Positions 43,201 through 56,164 of a stretch of DNA of 64,000 bases are shown one piece after another. Numbering within the stretch: position 1 is the stretch's first letter; each line of letters opens with the position of its first letter. The notes beneath the pieces were generated by a model that made no database searches, was not told where the DNA came from, and worked only from the letters and a program-made list of their open reading frames with translations. Source of the DNA: Balanoglossus misakiensis (lineage: Eukaryota > Animalia > Hemichordata); the NCBI GenBank assembly GCA_040954595.2, contig CM082576.2, positions 9,241,129 to 9,305,128 of the forward strand, written 5' to 3'. The position numbers and the translations under genes were made by a program.

Positions 43201-44478
43201 GAATATAATCGTATGTGGTATGAACTGACAACTGACACAGACCAGACAAACTCGACCATTCAGTCTATCCTGTCGGATGACTGACAAACTCTCACTGAAA
43301 TTCCCCTGAGAGTCTTTACAGCCCGGAAATCTTCTTTCTTTTCAAGCATCTGTCCAACAAGGATTTAAAATAAAAAACATGACTATACAAAGAAGGCTCC
43401 CCTCTGTTTTCCTTTTTGCTTCATCTGAATGATAGACATCAGGCCCATTTTAAAAGGTGTAAAGTTGCACAGTGCGTAAAATGACTTTCAGTATTGGGAA
43501 CAGCGACAGAGACATTGATCATTTGATGGTGACATCTCAGCTCTCCCAGACATATCTTTAAGTGTGTGTCTTGTCACTTGGGGGAGGGGAGGGGGGAACT
43601 ACCGGAAACCCTTCTAGATCGAATTCAAATCAAAGTCACCATGACGTCCAAAAAGCTAAATTATCCAGGCTCTCAATAAAAGTTCCATTTTCAAAATGGA
43701 CGGGCAAATACCCTTGAGTCATGCACATTGAAATATTGGCTTATCACCGGCCAATTTTTTGCATATGAATCATTTCAAAATCACCAGCCAAGTATATGTC
43801 CATCAGTCAAGTGACGTTTCCATAGAAATTACTCTTGCACATAATTGGGAATAATCATCAGGGGAATCACAAGGTCATTAATAAGAAAAACGCTCCTCTC
43901 AGAAGATGCAACAGTTTGTGATTAATATGAGCCCTCAACTTTATTATATTTGGATTTATTGGCACATTTAGTTGCCCAACATGAATAAGTGATGTGCAAC
44001 TCACAGTTGATTAATGGAGTTTCCTGAAAGTATATCTATCTGTAACATTACTGCACAGCAAATCGAAATCATAACATGACATTGTTACAATTCATAAACA
44101 ATTCATGCTTTGCTCTAAATTGTGACTTGCCGTGTCGCTCAGAACTGACCGAAGAATATGTTATTGCAATTGCCTAAAATAGTTGTTGTTTTTTATCTGA
44201 TAATGAGAATGGTTGTGTGTTATAATAGGTAAGGGGGTCCAGATGCTTCGAAATTCTCTGAGTGCACATGTGTGCAGTCTAAAAAGCGATATGTCAATCT
44301 AAAAGCCACTGGTCTAATCTCAAACGATAGAGGCTGAAAGGCTGAGACTGTCAAAATGGTCCACTAAATTTATAGCTTATTACTTTTTATCGCGATATAT
44401 TTTTTTAAACTCACTTTAATGAACTATTATCTTATGTCAGGAATTCAGCTAGTAATAGGCTCTGTGCATTGTAATTAA

Positions 44479-45205
44479 GGTGGCATTGCATGAAAAGTTG
44501 TGATTTTTGCCAAATTTTACTTTTTTACATAAATCGGTAGGCCTAATACTGACCCACAACCTGACTAATACGTCTTGGCGGAAATGGTGCATAATCACCC
44601 CAAAATAGCACTTTTCTGAATGAGTTCACAGCTTAACAAATAGGTGTCAACAATGCAAATAGCCGTTTTTCTCAGTTTGCATTTTCGCTGCTCTTGACAA
44701 CTTCGGACTAAAATAGCTTCGCCCTGCGTTGGCCGAATTTGCTCAAATTTTGACAGGGAATTGTGTATGACCCATCCAACAAAACGCTAGTTTTGTTTGT
44801 CGATAAAGTGTCCCTGGCGGGAATAAACTCTGATTCAATACAACTCACCGTGAATTTGATCAAATTTTCTGAAAATCTAACTTTTAAACGCTGTTACTCC
44901 TCAATGGAAGCAGATAACGCAAAACAAAATTTTTTTGCACGTGTACTCTAGTTTTGAATGACATATTAAGATGCATGATGCATGGTCAACTTTTTTACCT
45001 ATTTTAAATTTCATGACATAATATCAAAAAATGGGTTTTTTCACCCAAAATCGCCACCATTTCCGGGGATCAATAATATTTGCAACTCAAACAAAAGTTC
45101 AAAATCTCAGCTTCCAGAATATATATGGTTTATGGGGGTTTTAACTTTTTCTTTGATGAGAAATAGGCCTCTGAAAAAGTCTCGACGGTTTCATGCAGTG
45201 CCACC
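44479..45205. mobile_element. Non-autonomous DNA transposon (Kolobok-like MITE), 727 bp
   Basis: TTAA at 44475-44478 and 45206-45209. TIRs GGTGGCATTGCATGAAA and TTTCATGCAGTGCCACC match 16/17. TTAA TSD with RR...YY termini fits Kolobok rather than piggyBac (CC termini). No coding capacity. Confidence 0.8.
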
Positions 45206-48200
45206 TTAAGCTGGGTACACTACTTTAAAAGAAGCCTGAGTCTACAAAATGTAACCCTGACAAAGGTTTCATTATCAATGCATTAGACTAAAAGAAGAGT
45301 TTTTTAATGTGTCCCCTATAAAATAATAGGATTTTCTTTGGCCATCCTTTGCATTATTCAGGATCAGAAGATTCATTACTGGGGGGAGGGGGGGAGTCAG
45401 GATCAAAGAACGTTTCACATTGAACATGATTATCCACTCATCTTTCAGGGGGCGGCTGTCAGAACCGTGTCAAAAAGCATCGTTCTTTGGAGAGAGAGAG
45501 AAAAAAAAGTACACGATAAGGAGATATCAATAATTCAACAAAAGCTTTCAGGGGTCTCAACTCTTCCATTGAGCGGCGTGACATCCACAGGAGAGAAAAC
45601 TTGGCTTTTATGCCGTTGCATCTCCCGCACTCCTTTCTCAGGGTATCTTGACAAATTTTCAAGATAAGACCCAATAACACTTTCTCTCTCATAGTGTACA
45701 TCTCATGTTTTTGCATGATACACTCTGAGAGAGGGAGAGAGCAAGTGGCTCTTATCATGATGGCTGCGTTTCCTGCATAATGTCAGTTTCTCTTAGTCGG
45801 GATAATGAATCCTTGTCAACTTATTCTCTCTCTCTGTCTCTCTCATTTTTTTTTCTCTCTCTCTTTTTTTTCAGCGATTTGGCGTGATAAAAGACAGCCG
45901 CATCAGGTGTTGGCAGGAACATACAGGGAACTGTATCCGTTCCATTTCACTGCTAGTCACTCGTGCAGATTGAGGTGACTTTTACCAGGTGAATAAATTC
46001 ACAGTGATAGTGAATCCTTCAGCTGTTGGGTTTCTCAGTGTGGCAATCGATCACCTTTGCCTAATCTGTCTTCTTTCCCCTCGTCTTTTTGTTTGTGCGG
46101 TTTACGCGGCAATCAACTGATGAATTACACGGCCGTAAAAAGCACACACAGTTAAAACTCAGTAAAACCAAATCCAGCGGTTGAAAAGAAGTCGTTCCAT
46201 TATACCTAATCATTCAACCTGCAGTCCTGTGTCATTGCCTGTCTTGTACGAGACTAAACCAATAAAATTTCATGGCTGCCAATATAAAACACGATTCCCC
46301 GCTGCTTGCAAAGTAGCAGCGCTGTTCGGGGACAATTTACCCTGAAATAGACTGCGTAAAGAAAGTGGTCACCTGTCAAAGACCGATGGAGCAATATTGA
46401 ACCACTGTTAATTACGAGAGACTGGCACTCTCCGAGCAATTTCCTCCCATTTTAGAAAACTGCTGGAATAATCAATTTTGTTTCAGATGGACCGATTTGT
46501 CATAGCTTTCCAAATGGACATATCCCCGTGGACACTCACTGCGGTTAGTCCAATCTACAATACAGTAGCATAATTGCCTGATCAAAGAGACTCTTCACAG
46601 CGGGCTGGTTGCATAACTGCAATTTACATTAATAACGACAGCAAGAGTAAATATTGTCTCTCTATAATTGAATATTGATATCTTAATAAAGTGTTGGCGT
46701 GAACTGGTCATTGGAATTAATGCTGCTAAATAAGACTTTATTTACACTAGGGGGAAAACAATAAATTTTTCATAATATCTGGAGTCGAGCAGGAAATGAA
46801 AAGATGGTAATTTAGAGCCAAATTATCCAAAACAATAGCCCAGCTAAGGACACCTAATTGTTTAAGTATGAAATGTAAAAGGTTTCATAGCGTGCTGGTT
46901 GATACTCAACAGCTGAACGTAACTAAGCTCGGTCTCTGGTGAAATTCAGACAGGAGATGGAATGGACATGTTTTACACCTGCAGAGGGCTCCCTCCAAAA
47001 TTCGAGCCGCGCTGATCTACCGCAGCTATGTACAGGTGATGGTGGTTGTTTCAATGGATGATATTGATACTTGGGCCAACTTAATTGCCACAGAAAGGGA
47101 TTGTAAAATCTGAGCATAATTGCATTCTCTGCACCAGTGAGCACCGAGCAAAACTAGTGGGTGGCTGAAATGTGTTGGCGTTAAAATTTGAGAGCGCAGC
47201 TTGGAGGAAAAAGCCCTTTCCTTTTGTCGTCGTGACACTTGCTTGCAAAGAAAACAGTCGAATTGCGACCGTTTTTTTGTCGGACAAGAATTAAGTCTGA
47301 GTCGGGTAACACTAGGATAACATGGCAATCTTTAATTAGAAGCTCAACCATTCACTGGCCCGGACACCTTAGGCAATGAGTGGGCCCAGGAATAACTGTT
47401 GAAACACCCGTCGCTTGTCTAAAACAACAAAATGTTACTTGCCAGGCATGTAATATAGATGTCGGTGTGTTTTGGCCTTTGTTGGGGGATCTCGTAATAC
47501 TATGTATATTTGTTAATGTCCGAACGGGCAACAAAGATTGCCTACAATGACAACCTTTACAGGCCATTGCTGCCCGGAGATTGCCGGCGGACAATGTCGG
47601 AATCAAGCGCAATAATGCACCGGAGTTGACACAACAGAAATCACTGGAGGGAGCTGACCGTTCATTATGTCCTCATTCCCCAGAGAAAACAAACTGTGTG
47701 TGGCCGTAAGTCAATATGTAAAGGTGAGTTTGTATTTTGGCCTTTTTTCCCACTGTAATAAGCGATTGTGCCAAAAAGAAAAAAAGACCTGTGTGCTTGT
47801 ACAGCTTTTGCTCTCCATCTGCCACCGTCTAGCAACGCTCAACCCCAGACTGATGAGGACATCAAAATCCATTCACTGGCACCGACAGTCTATTTTGCTG
47901 GAGGGGGGGGGGGGGTGGAATTGGCGCTGAACTTCCATCCATAGCGTTTTCACATTTCTAACCAAGATGAAGGTGCGCTCATCTGTATGGTTGTATGAAT
48001 ATCTTGTAGTCCATTTCTGCTGAGTTGCCGGACAACGTAGAATTGGTTGCTCGATAAAGAGATCCAAGCTGACCTATTAACAGTACATATCATGTCAGCA
48101 GCCTTTGTCCATCCACTTTCCACACTCCAACAATGGCCGGCATTTGGAGTGAAAAAGACGATGAATAACCGACTGATAAGCAGAAAACTGAAAGATGCAT

Positions 48201-50175
48201 TCTTGTATGGTTTCTGTGTCAGGAAATCAGACCATTATAAACAGAATCCTTTCTGTGAACTGTAACCGAGTCCTCACTATTAATATCGCTCCCTTTTCCA
48301 GCCATTCAGCTTCTGTTGTCATTCAAAATGCAGCACAATGCATTAAAGCAGAGGGAAAGGAGATCTCACAAAACCCACCGGCTTTACTGACAGCAACTTT
48401 TACACTTGTCTGACAAATAAGAAAACCATCAAATTAATTACTTGCCAGTTTGTTGGCCATGATTAGACTTAGCTGTGTAATTAACAAGACACTTGTTTTC
48501 AGGTCCTCACAGCAAACATCAATACTAGGTCTGGCAGCGCTTGTCTGATGAGCCGCATAACTACCACCCTGTTTTCCCGAAGAAATGTACAAATCTCTTC
48601 TCGGTAGTTGCAGAGGAAAATCTAAATATAATCAACTAAATTGAATTGGAAATTATGTCCAGATTAATTCTGAGATATGGCCCTGAGACTGCACTTGATT
48701 ATCTTGTGAAGATCCACCTGATAAGCTAGCTGTCCTTTGTGAAAGTCAGTAGCAGAAAGCAACTTTGAGCTTGTATATGAACAGGCTTGCAACACTCAAT
48801 AGAGTGCAATAAACCTGTAATCTTATCTTATTCATTGCAGTAGACTTATAGTGTTTTCTTTATTGATCATAAAATTGGACTGCTGTAGTAGTACATGTAG
48901 TAGTAATCTTTGCAAAGCACCATGGGAACTTCACAGACTGCTTCAAAGACGCTATCATTCAAAATGATGATCGCTTCAAAGAGTGTCCCTGAGACCAATT
49001 TGCTCTTTTAAAAATGAATTTGCACACTTGGGTAAACTACTGATTTATACTACTTTAACGGGCCTTGTGTCCAGTTGTTATTGGGTATATATAGTTATAC
49101 AGCCCGAGGCTGCCTGTTTTCGTCTATGTTACAAACACTGCGATAAGTACTTAAGCCTGAGAATAGGCAAAAGACAATTTACAATGGGTACTGTAGGTTG
49201 TTAAAACGCCCCTGTGAAATATTGATTTTCACTCATTAAACTTTCCTCTTGTTCCTATTTTAATTTTTGATGAACTGCCAACACTTAGTTCCATGACGTC
49301 TCCCCATGTTAAGGGAGATCTTATACATTGTAGACAGACTACAGAACTACATGTACCGAACAAGCAAAACTGACCTTTCCTACATCTGAAAAAAGGCATA
49401 ATTCACTGTAAATCTTGTGTGATTTCTGTCAAAGCCAACCAAGTGAAAACAAAAGCATGTGCACCTCTCACTTACAACTTCTCTGAATTATTGATGATGA
49501 TGGTTAAACCATGTAGAATTAGCGTGCCCACTCATGCGGACAATTCTGACAAAGTGAATTCCGGTACTCCGTCTCTGTCTCTAATTAATTTCCAAGAAAT
49601 TGAAATCCCTAAATGCTAATTTCCCAGCGGGACGGCCATACCGCTGCTGATGATACACTCCTTAATAGCAATGGACTTCCCATCAGTTAGTTGTAAATTA
49701 ATACCTCGGTATAAACAGTATAATGCAATATACTGCTGACCAGCGAAAGGGGCCTACTGAAACAGTAGAACGACTTCGTAGATTTCGCAATGTATATTGT
49801 ACATGCAAGTAGCCATTTGTAGGGCAGGTCATGAAATTACTCCACATCCTTTTAATTCACCTCGTTTTCAGCCTAATTGCCAGGATTCTGTTTTAATGTC
49901 GCCAGCGGGTAATGTCGTGGGTAATTCCATATGCAATGCAGTTTTAAAGAGGGAATCATATATCGGGGGAAATTTAATTTTTCATGAAGTACAACTTGTA
50001 GTCGTAATTTATTTACGATGCCTGGAGACTCTCGCAGTGACCTTACGCGGAAAGTAGAAATGCAGCAACGTGGGAATGGAGAAGACAGAGGAGCAAAATT
50101 GCATAGATGGAGGTGATCGTTGAACTCAAAGTTCTGTTGAGAGAAGAGAAAATGGCATTTTTTTTTCTCCCTTAC

Positions 50176-50360
50176 CTGGCAAAGAAGGAGGCTGCTGCAG
50201 AGGTGTTGGACGCCGATGCCGTACTGGCGTTGGAACTGGTCGGTGGGGATCTGCTGAGGGAGGACACGGCTGCTCCGTGCTGCTGCGACGTCTGCCTGCT
50301 CACGGAAGCATCGGACATAACACTGCCGGATCTGCTACTGCTGGCACTGCTGTGCGTGGC
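50176..50360 (-). CDS. KIF26: KIF26 N-terminal exon (ATHSSASSSRSG...SAAASFFAR)
   Basis: AG at 50362-50361 after a pyrimidine tract, GT at 50175-50174 (CCAG|GTAAGG). 185 bp, phase 0 to 2. Confidence 0.9.
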
Positions 50361-51421
50361 CTGGAGAGAAAAAAAAGATGAGAGAATGCTTGGTCGTGAA
50401 CAGGCGGATAAGAATGATTGATCTTCAACCTGAAAAAAAAATTGTGGCAACTTGTATTTCACTTCCGAACTTGAGGGTTTGTTTGTTTTTGATTTTTTCA
50501 GTAGTGTAGAATATTTTATCACAATGTGATGCGGTTCAGCTCGGGAAATAATCTCCAAATGAAAGCATGTTAAAAGTATACTCTTTGCCGTTACCCACAG
50601 ACAAGTCAAACAAATGGAGTGCCACTTTTTCTTTTGACATCACTTTGCCATTAGGAAGAACTAGAGACCAGGCCCCAGCTGATGCACTCCTGGCCTGTGC
50701 CTGACAAATGTTGCCGTTTATACTTGATTTGACAACTGTTACGAAGGGGAAAAATTCACACATGCATTTTTTAAATGGGATATCAAATCACAAATTGTCC
50801 AGTCTAGCGCACGAAACAGCCTGCCAGGGAAAGCCATCAAATGCCTCTATGCTTGGATGCCCATCGCACACACACACACTTCCGGTTAAAAAAAAAGAGA
50901 GGCCTGTAAAATAATCTCCTGGGGTATTAAATATTCACCCCCATTGAGAGAAACAAATGAATATTTCATCCGACGAGCCCCTCACGTCTGGCCCTGTCAT
51001 TGGTCGAACACAATCGCCCCCATTAAACTTTGATGCAACATTTTCACTGCTGTATAATTGATCGACGGCTTTACAATCAATTGGTGCGGAGAATTGCCCG
51101 GATGAATTCTTCATGACCACGCTAACAAGGTTTGTATTGGGGAAACAGCGATTTAATTACTCTTGTACCGTCCCCTCCTTCCTCTGACACTCTCTTCGTG
51201 TAATCAAACATGCCGACAATCGGAAAAGTGCCAAGAACTCTTCAACCTGCTTAATTGATATTAACTCAACAAAAAAATGTATGTCAAGTCAACACACCTG
51301 AAAATGACTGACAGGAGAGACAGAAATGAGGCTACAGCTGAAGGTCACTCGACCGTGTGGCAGTCTGCATTGTGGTGGCGGGCAGAAACTAGGCAGACAA
51401 GTGTGAGACATTTTTAATTAA

Positions 51422-51702
51422 GGTAGTAGGCGCCTTGAAAATCATAGTCTTAAACCTCTTCTCAAATTATGCTGAAGGCAATTAAAAGATTGTTCTCCCT
51501 TGTGGTCATCATGCGAAATTTTGAATAAGAGAGTGAAATTGTCTTAAATTTTGAATTCAAAATGGTCACCAATCAGTATGTTAACTCCAAGGAGAAAAAT
51601 AAAGTTAAAGTACCAATTTTTTTAAATGTTGATAGGCAATTTTCTTCTTTGCTTTCAAAATGACGTGCACTTTGAATATCCGTTCTTGGGGTACATTCTA
51701 CC
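51422..51702. mobile_element. Degenerate TTAA-flanked MITE (Kolobok-like), 281 bp
   Basis: TTAA|GGTAGTAGGCGCC ... GGTACATTCTACC|TTAA, with TTAA at 51418-51421 and 51703-51706. The terminal 5 bp match perfectly; the rest of the TIR is decayed. Confidence 0.6.
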
Positions 51703-54030
51703 TTAATGTTAATATTTTAGGACATCTATAAGTCTAAGATACTTAAGTCTCCTGGTTCAAGATATGACTCCTATATACTATCGGCTAAATTCACTCACGA
51801 AATATATATCTCAGAGTCTCCAAAAATTAAAGTTGACACTTACTGATAAAGCTTTTATAACAGCACCACCAAACACTAAACAGTTTCAAGTTCTCATAGC
51901 CACACTATATCCACTGTCTTTGGGTCCCACCGGAGCTTTGGCCCAAAGGTATTTTCACTGACTAATAACTTCATCCTCCTATTGATTTGGGGGCTACCTT
52001 TTTTTTCCTTCCCCAAACCAGGTTAAAATAAGTTGACTTTGGACATCAATATTTTTTCACTCAAACTTGCCAAGTTAAGCACATAATGCCGGGCTAATCG
52101 CTATCTGGTGATTGACATCTGCTCTGAAGTGGGATAACAGCTATACAAGCATTCCCTCGCCAGTGAATAAAGGGCTGAAACAAAACCCCATTTACTCCAG
52201 TCAAGGCATTTCATTGAATGTGCCAAGAAAGCCTCGCAACCGGCACAAAACAATGAAAATCAATCACGTACAAAGGTGATAATAGAGAGAGAAAATTAGA
52301 CAGACCACCTGAATTGTTTTCGGCTGAGACTTATTTACTCGGAAGATCCTACAAGTGCGGCAGGATCCTCATGACCAACAAAGTCTGGCTGCGGTGTTGC
52401 CGGCGACTTGGCAACTTAATCGACCCTCTCACAAGCTATTGAAAATACAGTACAGTCAACTTATCAGTCTGTAATTTTTCTGGTGGTGTCCCTACACTGT
52501 ACGTTACCCTAGCAGCCTCACAGACACTATAAAATGCTTAAATCTATCAAGCTACTCGGTTCAAACCACTAGGCAGCTTGTCTGTCCAGCAACTCTTATA
52601 GCAAATACTAGCCTGCCATCAAGCATTGTCGTGCAAATTAAATTTCTATATACATTACCATTTATATTAATTAATTATCACTGCCCGCCACTAAAATAAA
52701 TTTGCTGAAAACTTCAGCCTTGCCGGCTATCAGTGCTTGGCAGGTGTCCAAAAAAAGGTTGTCATCTGCTGCAGAATTCATCACAATCATACTTGCGTGA
52801 CTTTTTTGTCTCCTTTTTTTCACACAAAAAATATAAAATGTGGATTATGCATGTATAGAATTTAGTTCAGCTGAAAACGGCACATGTTGCCGAATCCCTG
52901 CAGGAACAGACAATGAGCAAACGTTGAAGCTTTATGTTTCGAACAAAAAAAGATAAAAATCCATGTGCCCCAAAAGAGCATGACAAACCTCAACGAATAC
53001 TACACGTATCATGGGAACACGCAATAATTTCGCCAGGCTGAAGGGGAGTGGATGTCTCACTCGTTGCGAGTTACGGAGGTAAAAAAACTCTGAATGATAT
53101 GTCTTCACACAAAAAACCACCCACCTCTGGTAGTAAACTGTACTGGTGTCCTGTCAAACTTGGCAGAAGATTGACCGAGTCATTGATGGCTGTGGTCGCA
53201 CTGCCAGCCATAACCGGGAGGGTATATGAGTTGATCCTGACCAGAAGCCCGGGCTTTCGGTATATTGTTGGGCAAACAATAAATAAAACTTTCTCTTCCC
53301 AACACTGAGTGACAGCTTTATTATTAACCGGCCCGTCCATTCTGTAATGGGTGGTGCCAAGCTGTAAATCTCTCAAGTGCTTATTATGAGCTGAGAATCT
53401 ACCTTCCATTCAAATTGATTGTGCCCGGCCACTATTAACATGAAGGCCTGTACACATTAACGGCTGATTCAATAAGGCGAAGGCGTGTACATTAGAGACG
53501 GCACTCAGCTCGACCGCCATTGATCCCAAAGAAAGAAATCGAGTTAACTCTTAAATCCAATGTTTATCTATGAGAGACAGACAGGGTCGGCAGGTCTGCC
53601 ATGAAAAATAAATTCTAACACAATATCTCCGCGAACCAACTGGCGCACATAAATCGCGGCTCTCAGGGACAGTACGCCTTTCACGTCGCCAATACCGTTC
53701 AAAACCTATACACTGATAAAGTTGTGATTAATTAATCTAATGCACAGTCGAGTTCAATACCACGGGGTCTGCCACATCAAATTAGGCAAACTGGGAGGTC
53801 CGTGAAAAAATAGAGAGACCGTGAGTGGAGGTTTTCTGGACAATACCTCATGGTGGGGAAAACAAATGTTTTTTTCCATATTATTTCAGATAATTAACCA
53901 AGCATTGGAAAACGTCCTTCAACTGACAAACATGACTTTTCCACCTTTTCAGTCGCCAAACAAATTGTCTCTTTGGGCCTTAGGAAAATTTTAATAGTCC
54001 AGCCACAAAGGCTCAGTTAGAAACAACAAT

Positions 54031-54144
54031 TTATTCAAAGCCTTATCACATAGCGAGATTATTACGCCATGAATATTCATAAGACCAGTGTATATAAGTA
54101 AGAAGAGAATGCTACTTGTGGCCAATCCCTTGCTTCCAGACTTA
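54031..54144 (+). repeat. Split direct repeat A1
   Basis: TTATTCAAAGCCTTATCAC...CTTCCAGACTTA, identical by eye to 60178-60291. Confidence 0.95.
54091..54128 (+). promoter_or_regulatory. Putative Pol II core promoter of the retroelement (TATA plus Inr)
   Basis: TATATAA at 54091-54097 and Inr-consensus (YYANWYY) CCAATCC at 54122-54128, about 31-33 nt apart, inside repeat A1. The next ATG is at 54151. Confidence 0.5.
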
Positions 54145-54150
54145 GAAGTG

Positions 54151-54387
54151 ATGATGACTGACGGACGCAGTAATACTCCGGCTACCACAAGCTTGCCTTT
54201 ATCGGCTACCACGGCCACTTTTACACAGGCTCATGTAGCAGGGCCTTCAGCTAGTCAAGGCAGCTCTACACGTGTTTCGGTGCAAGTCCCGGAAGGCGCA
54301 GCTTCTCAGGCTCAGGTGGTGGCAGGCGATACGCCCGCTCAGCATAATAATAGGGATGGCCAAGATCAGCGTTTATCGCAGCAGCAG
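54151..54387 (+). CDS. Putative leader exon of the retroelement (79 aa, low complexity, MMTDGRSNTP...RLSQQQ)
   Basis: ATG at 54151, open to the donor CAG|GTAATT at 54387/54388 (phase 0). After the donor the sequence turns T-rich and the ORF translation stops looking like protein. Confidence 0.6.
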
Positions 54388-54535
54388 GTAATTATCAGTT
54401 TTTGGCTCATTAGCGGAATGTCAATGTCCTTCGGTCTTTGGCTAGGTTTTGTACATACATGTTTCATCGGCCATATTTTGGTCGGTTTAGTTCGATTATG
54501 TTGTTATATTTATTGGGTGTACTGTTAACACTATT

Positions 54536-54950
54536 GTGCAATAGTAGGCGCTCTGGGAGCACCAGGTGGAGTTGCACGAATATGTTATTATGGATGGTGC
54601 AATAGTAGGCGCTCTGGGAGCACCAGGTGGAGTTGCACGAATATGTTATTATGGATGGTGCAATAGTAGGCGCTCTGGGAGCACCAGGTGGAGTTGCACG
54701 AATATGTTATTATGGATGGTGCAATAGTAGGCGCTCTGGGAGCACCAGGTGGAGTTGCACAAATATGTTATTATGGATGGTGCAATAGTAGGCGCTCTGG
54801 GAGCACCAGGTGGAGTTGCACGAATATGTTATTATGGATGGTGCAATAGTAGGCGCTCTGGGAGCACCAGGTGGAGTTGCACGAATATGTTACTGTGGTG
54901 GCACAATAGGTGTTCTGTGAGCACTGGGCGGAGCTGCATGAACATTGTTC
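54536..54950. repeat. 61-bp tandem array inside the retroelement (about 6 near-identical units plus degenerate units)
   Basis: Units start at 54536, 54597, 54658, 54719, 54780 and 54841: GTGCAATAGTAGGCGCTCTGGGAGCACCAGGTGGAGTTGCACGAATATGTTATTATGGATG. Unit 4 has one G>A change; the array degenerates after about 54892. Confidence 0.95.
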
Positions 54951-55428
54951 ATGTAGTGGAGAGCAATAAAGGAATATGCGGGGAGCATCGTAGAGTGTGT
55001 TAAAAAAAAGCATTCGACTGAAGTTCCATGCAATGTTTGATATTCTGTACAACGGTTGGAATGACGGAATGTGTGCAAGGAGTGCGTAATTAGGTAGATT
55101 TGCATATGAATGGGTAACAGTTATTTTAGAGCCACGCACACAATGGACATTGTTTAAGGCATGCCAGGTGGGGCGTGCATTCAAAAGATACCATATGGTT
55201 GTGGAGTGCTCCTGTGAATTTGCATAAGTTCTTTCTATTGTTCTGTATGCTCATAGTATCATGCATGTTGTTTTGTGGAATACGGTCATGATATTGGGTG
55301 TGACTTCGAATGTAGCCGAAATGGTGTCTGGTAGTGGAATTGTCTTACGCATGGGATATTGTAAAGTAACACTGTTAGATGATATCAGGATGTGACGTTG
55401 ACTGATATATTTGCCTGAATTGTTTCAG

Positions 55429-55899
55429 GTTAATGAGAAGTTGACACTGCTAATGAAGAAAGTTGACAAAATCGAAGAAACAGCGGGTGTAGCATCTGTA
55501 GATGAAGCCTTGCATAAAGTGATGGAATTCGCGCATACCCCAGCCTTCTCATCAAGACCACAGGTGTTGAGTGCTCTACGTACGTTGGTGGATAGAGCTA
55601 CTTTGGTGTCGCATCCTAAGCTGCAGAGATTTCGAGCTGTATTGTCGCAGTTTGAAGCGAATGATTTTGGAGAGGACGCTGGACGCTTGATCATTCTGTT
55701 ACTGGGTAACAAAGAGGAAGAAGAGATTGCGTCGAAAGTTTCAAAATTCTTAAAACACAGGCCTTCCAACGATCGTTTTCGTCCGTATGGCCGAGGAAGG
55801 AGAAGGCAATCGTATGGGAAAGATTTCCGATGTTTTAGATGTGGCCAGCCTGGTCATTTTGCCCGCAATTGTCGAATGAAGCCAGATCAGGAAACGTGA
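55429..55899 (+). CDS. Gag-like nucleic-acid-binding protein with CCHC zinc knuckle
   Basis: RFRPYGRGRRR followed by CFRCGQPGHFARNC (CX2CX4HX4C). Phase-0 acceptor TGTTTCAG at 55421-55428; first internal ATG at 55453; stop at 55897-55899. Confidence 0.88.
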   Translation, partial: VNEKLTLLMKKVDKIEETAGVASVDEALHKVMEFAHTPAFSSRPQVLSALRTLVDRATLVSHPKLQRFRAVLSQFEANDFGEDAGRLIILLLGNKEEEEIASKVSKFLKHRPSNDRFRPYGRGRRRQSYGKDFRCFRCGQPGHFARNCRMKPDQET

Positions 55900-55952
55900 A
55901 TGTGTCTTGTAATTCAGTGACTGTAATGACGTTATTTTGGGATACATAATGA

Positions 55953-55958
55953 AATAAA
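55953..55958 (+). terminator. Putative poly(A) signal after gag
   Basis: AATAAA about 54 nt after the stop, in context ATGAAATAAATA, with a GT/T-rich tract at about 55985-56003. Confidence 0.45.
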
Positions 55959-56164
55959 TACACCCGTCTTTATTGTATGCTGCATATTTGTTTATTTGTG
56001 TTGACGAATGATAAGTACATGTCCCATGTTTGAAGATTTGCATGTACGTATGCATATATATAATGTGGTTTAGGTTACCTCTCGATGGGAGGGGCCTTAA
56101 CTAGGCTCTTTGCTTTTGCAACCTGCCATTTGTAGGATCCTGTCGAGGGGCGCCCCCACATTTC

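Noticed and set aside
48905-48970. LINE/SINE-like 3' tail (TGCAAAGCAC...AAGACGCTATC)
   Set aside because: Too short and degenerate to support without a repeat-library search.
10000-54000. Numerous 60-130 aa intronic ORFs in the track
   Set aside because: They have random composition, often start at non-ATG codons, and show no domains. The KIF26 exon phases already join without them.
54536-54950. 61-bp array as a CRISPR array or coding repeat
   Set aside because: Units are head-to-tail with no unique spacers, there are no cas genes, the context is eukaryotic, and the 61-nt period shifts frame.
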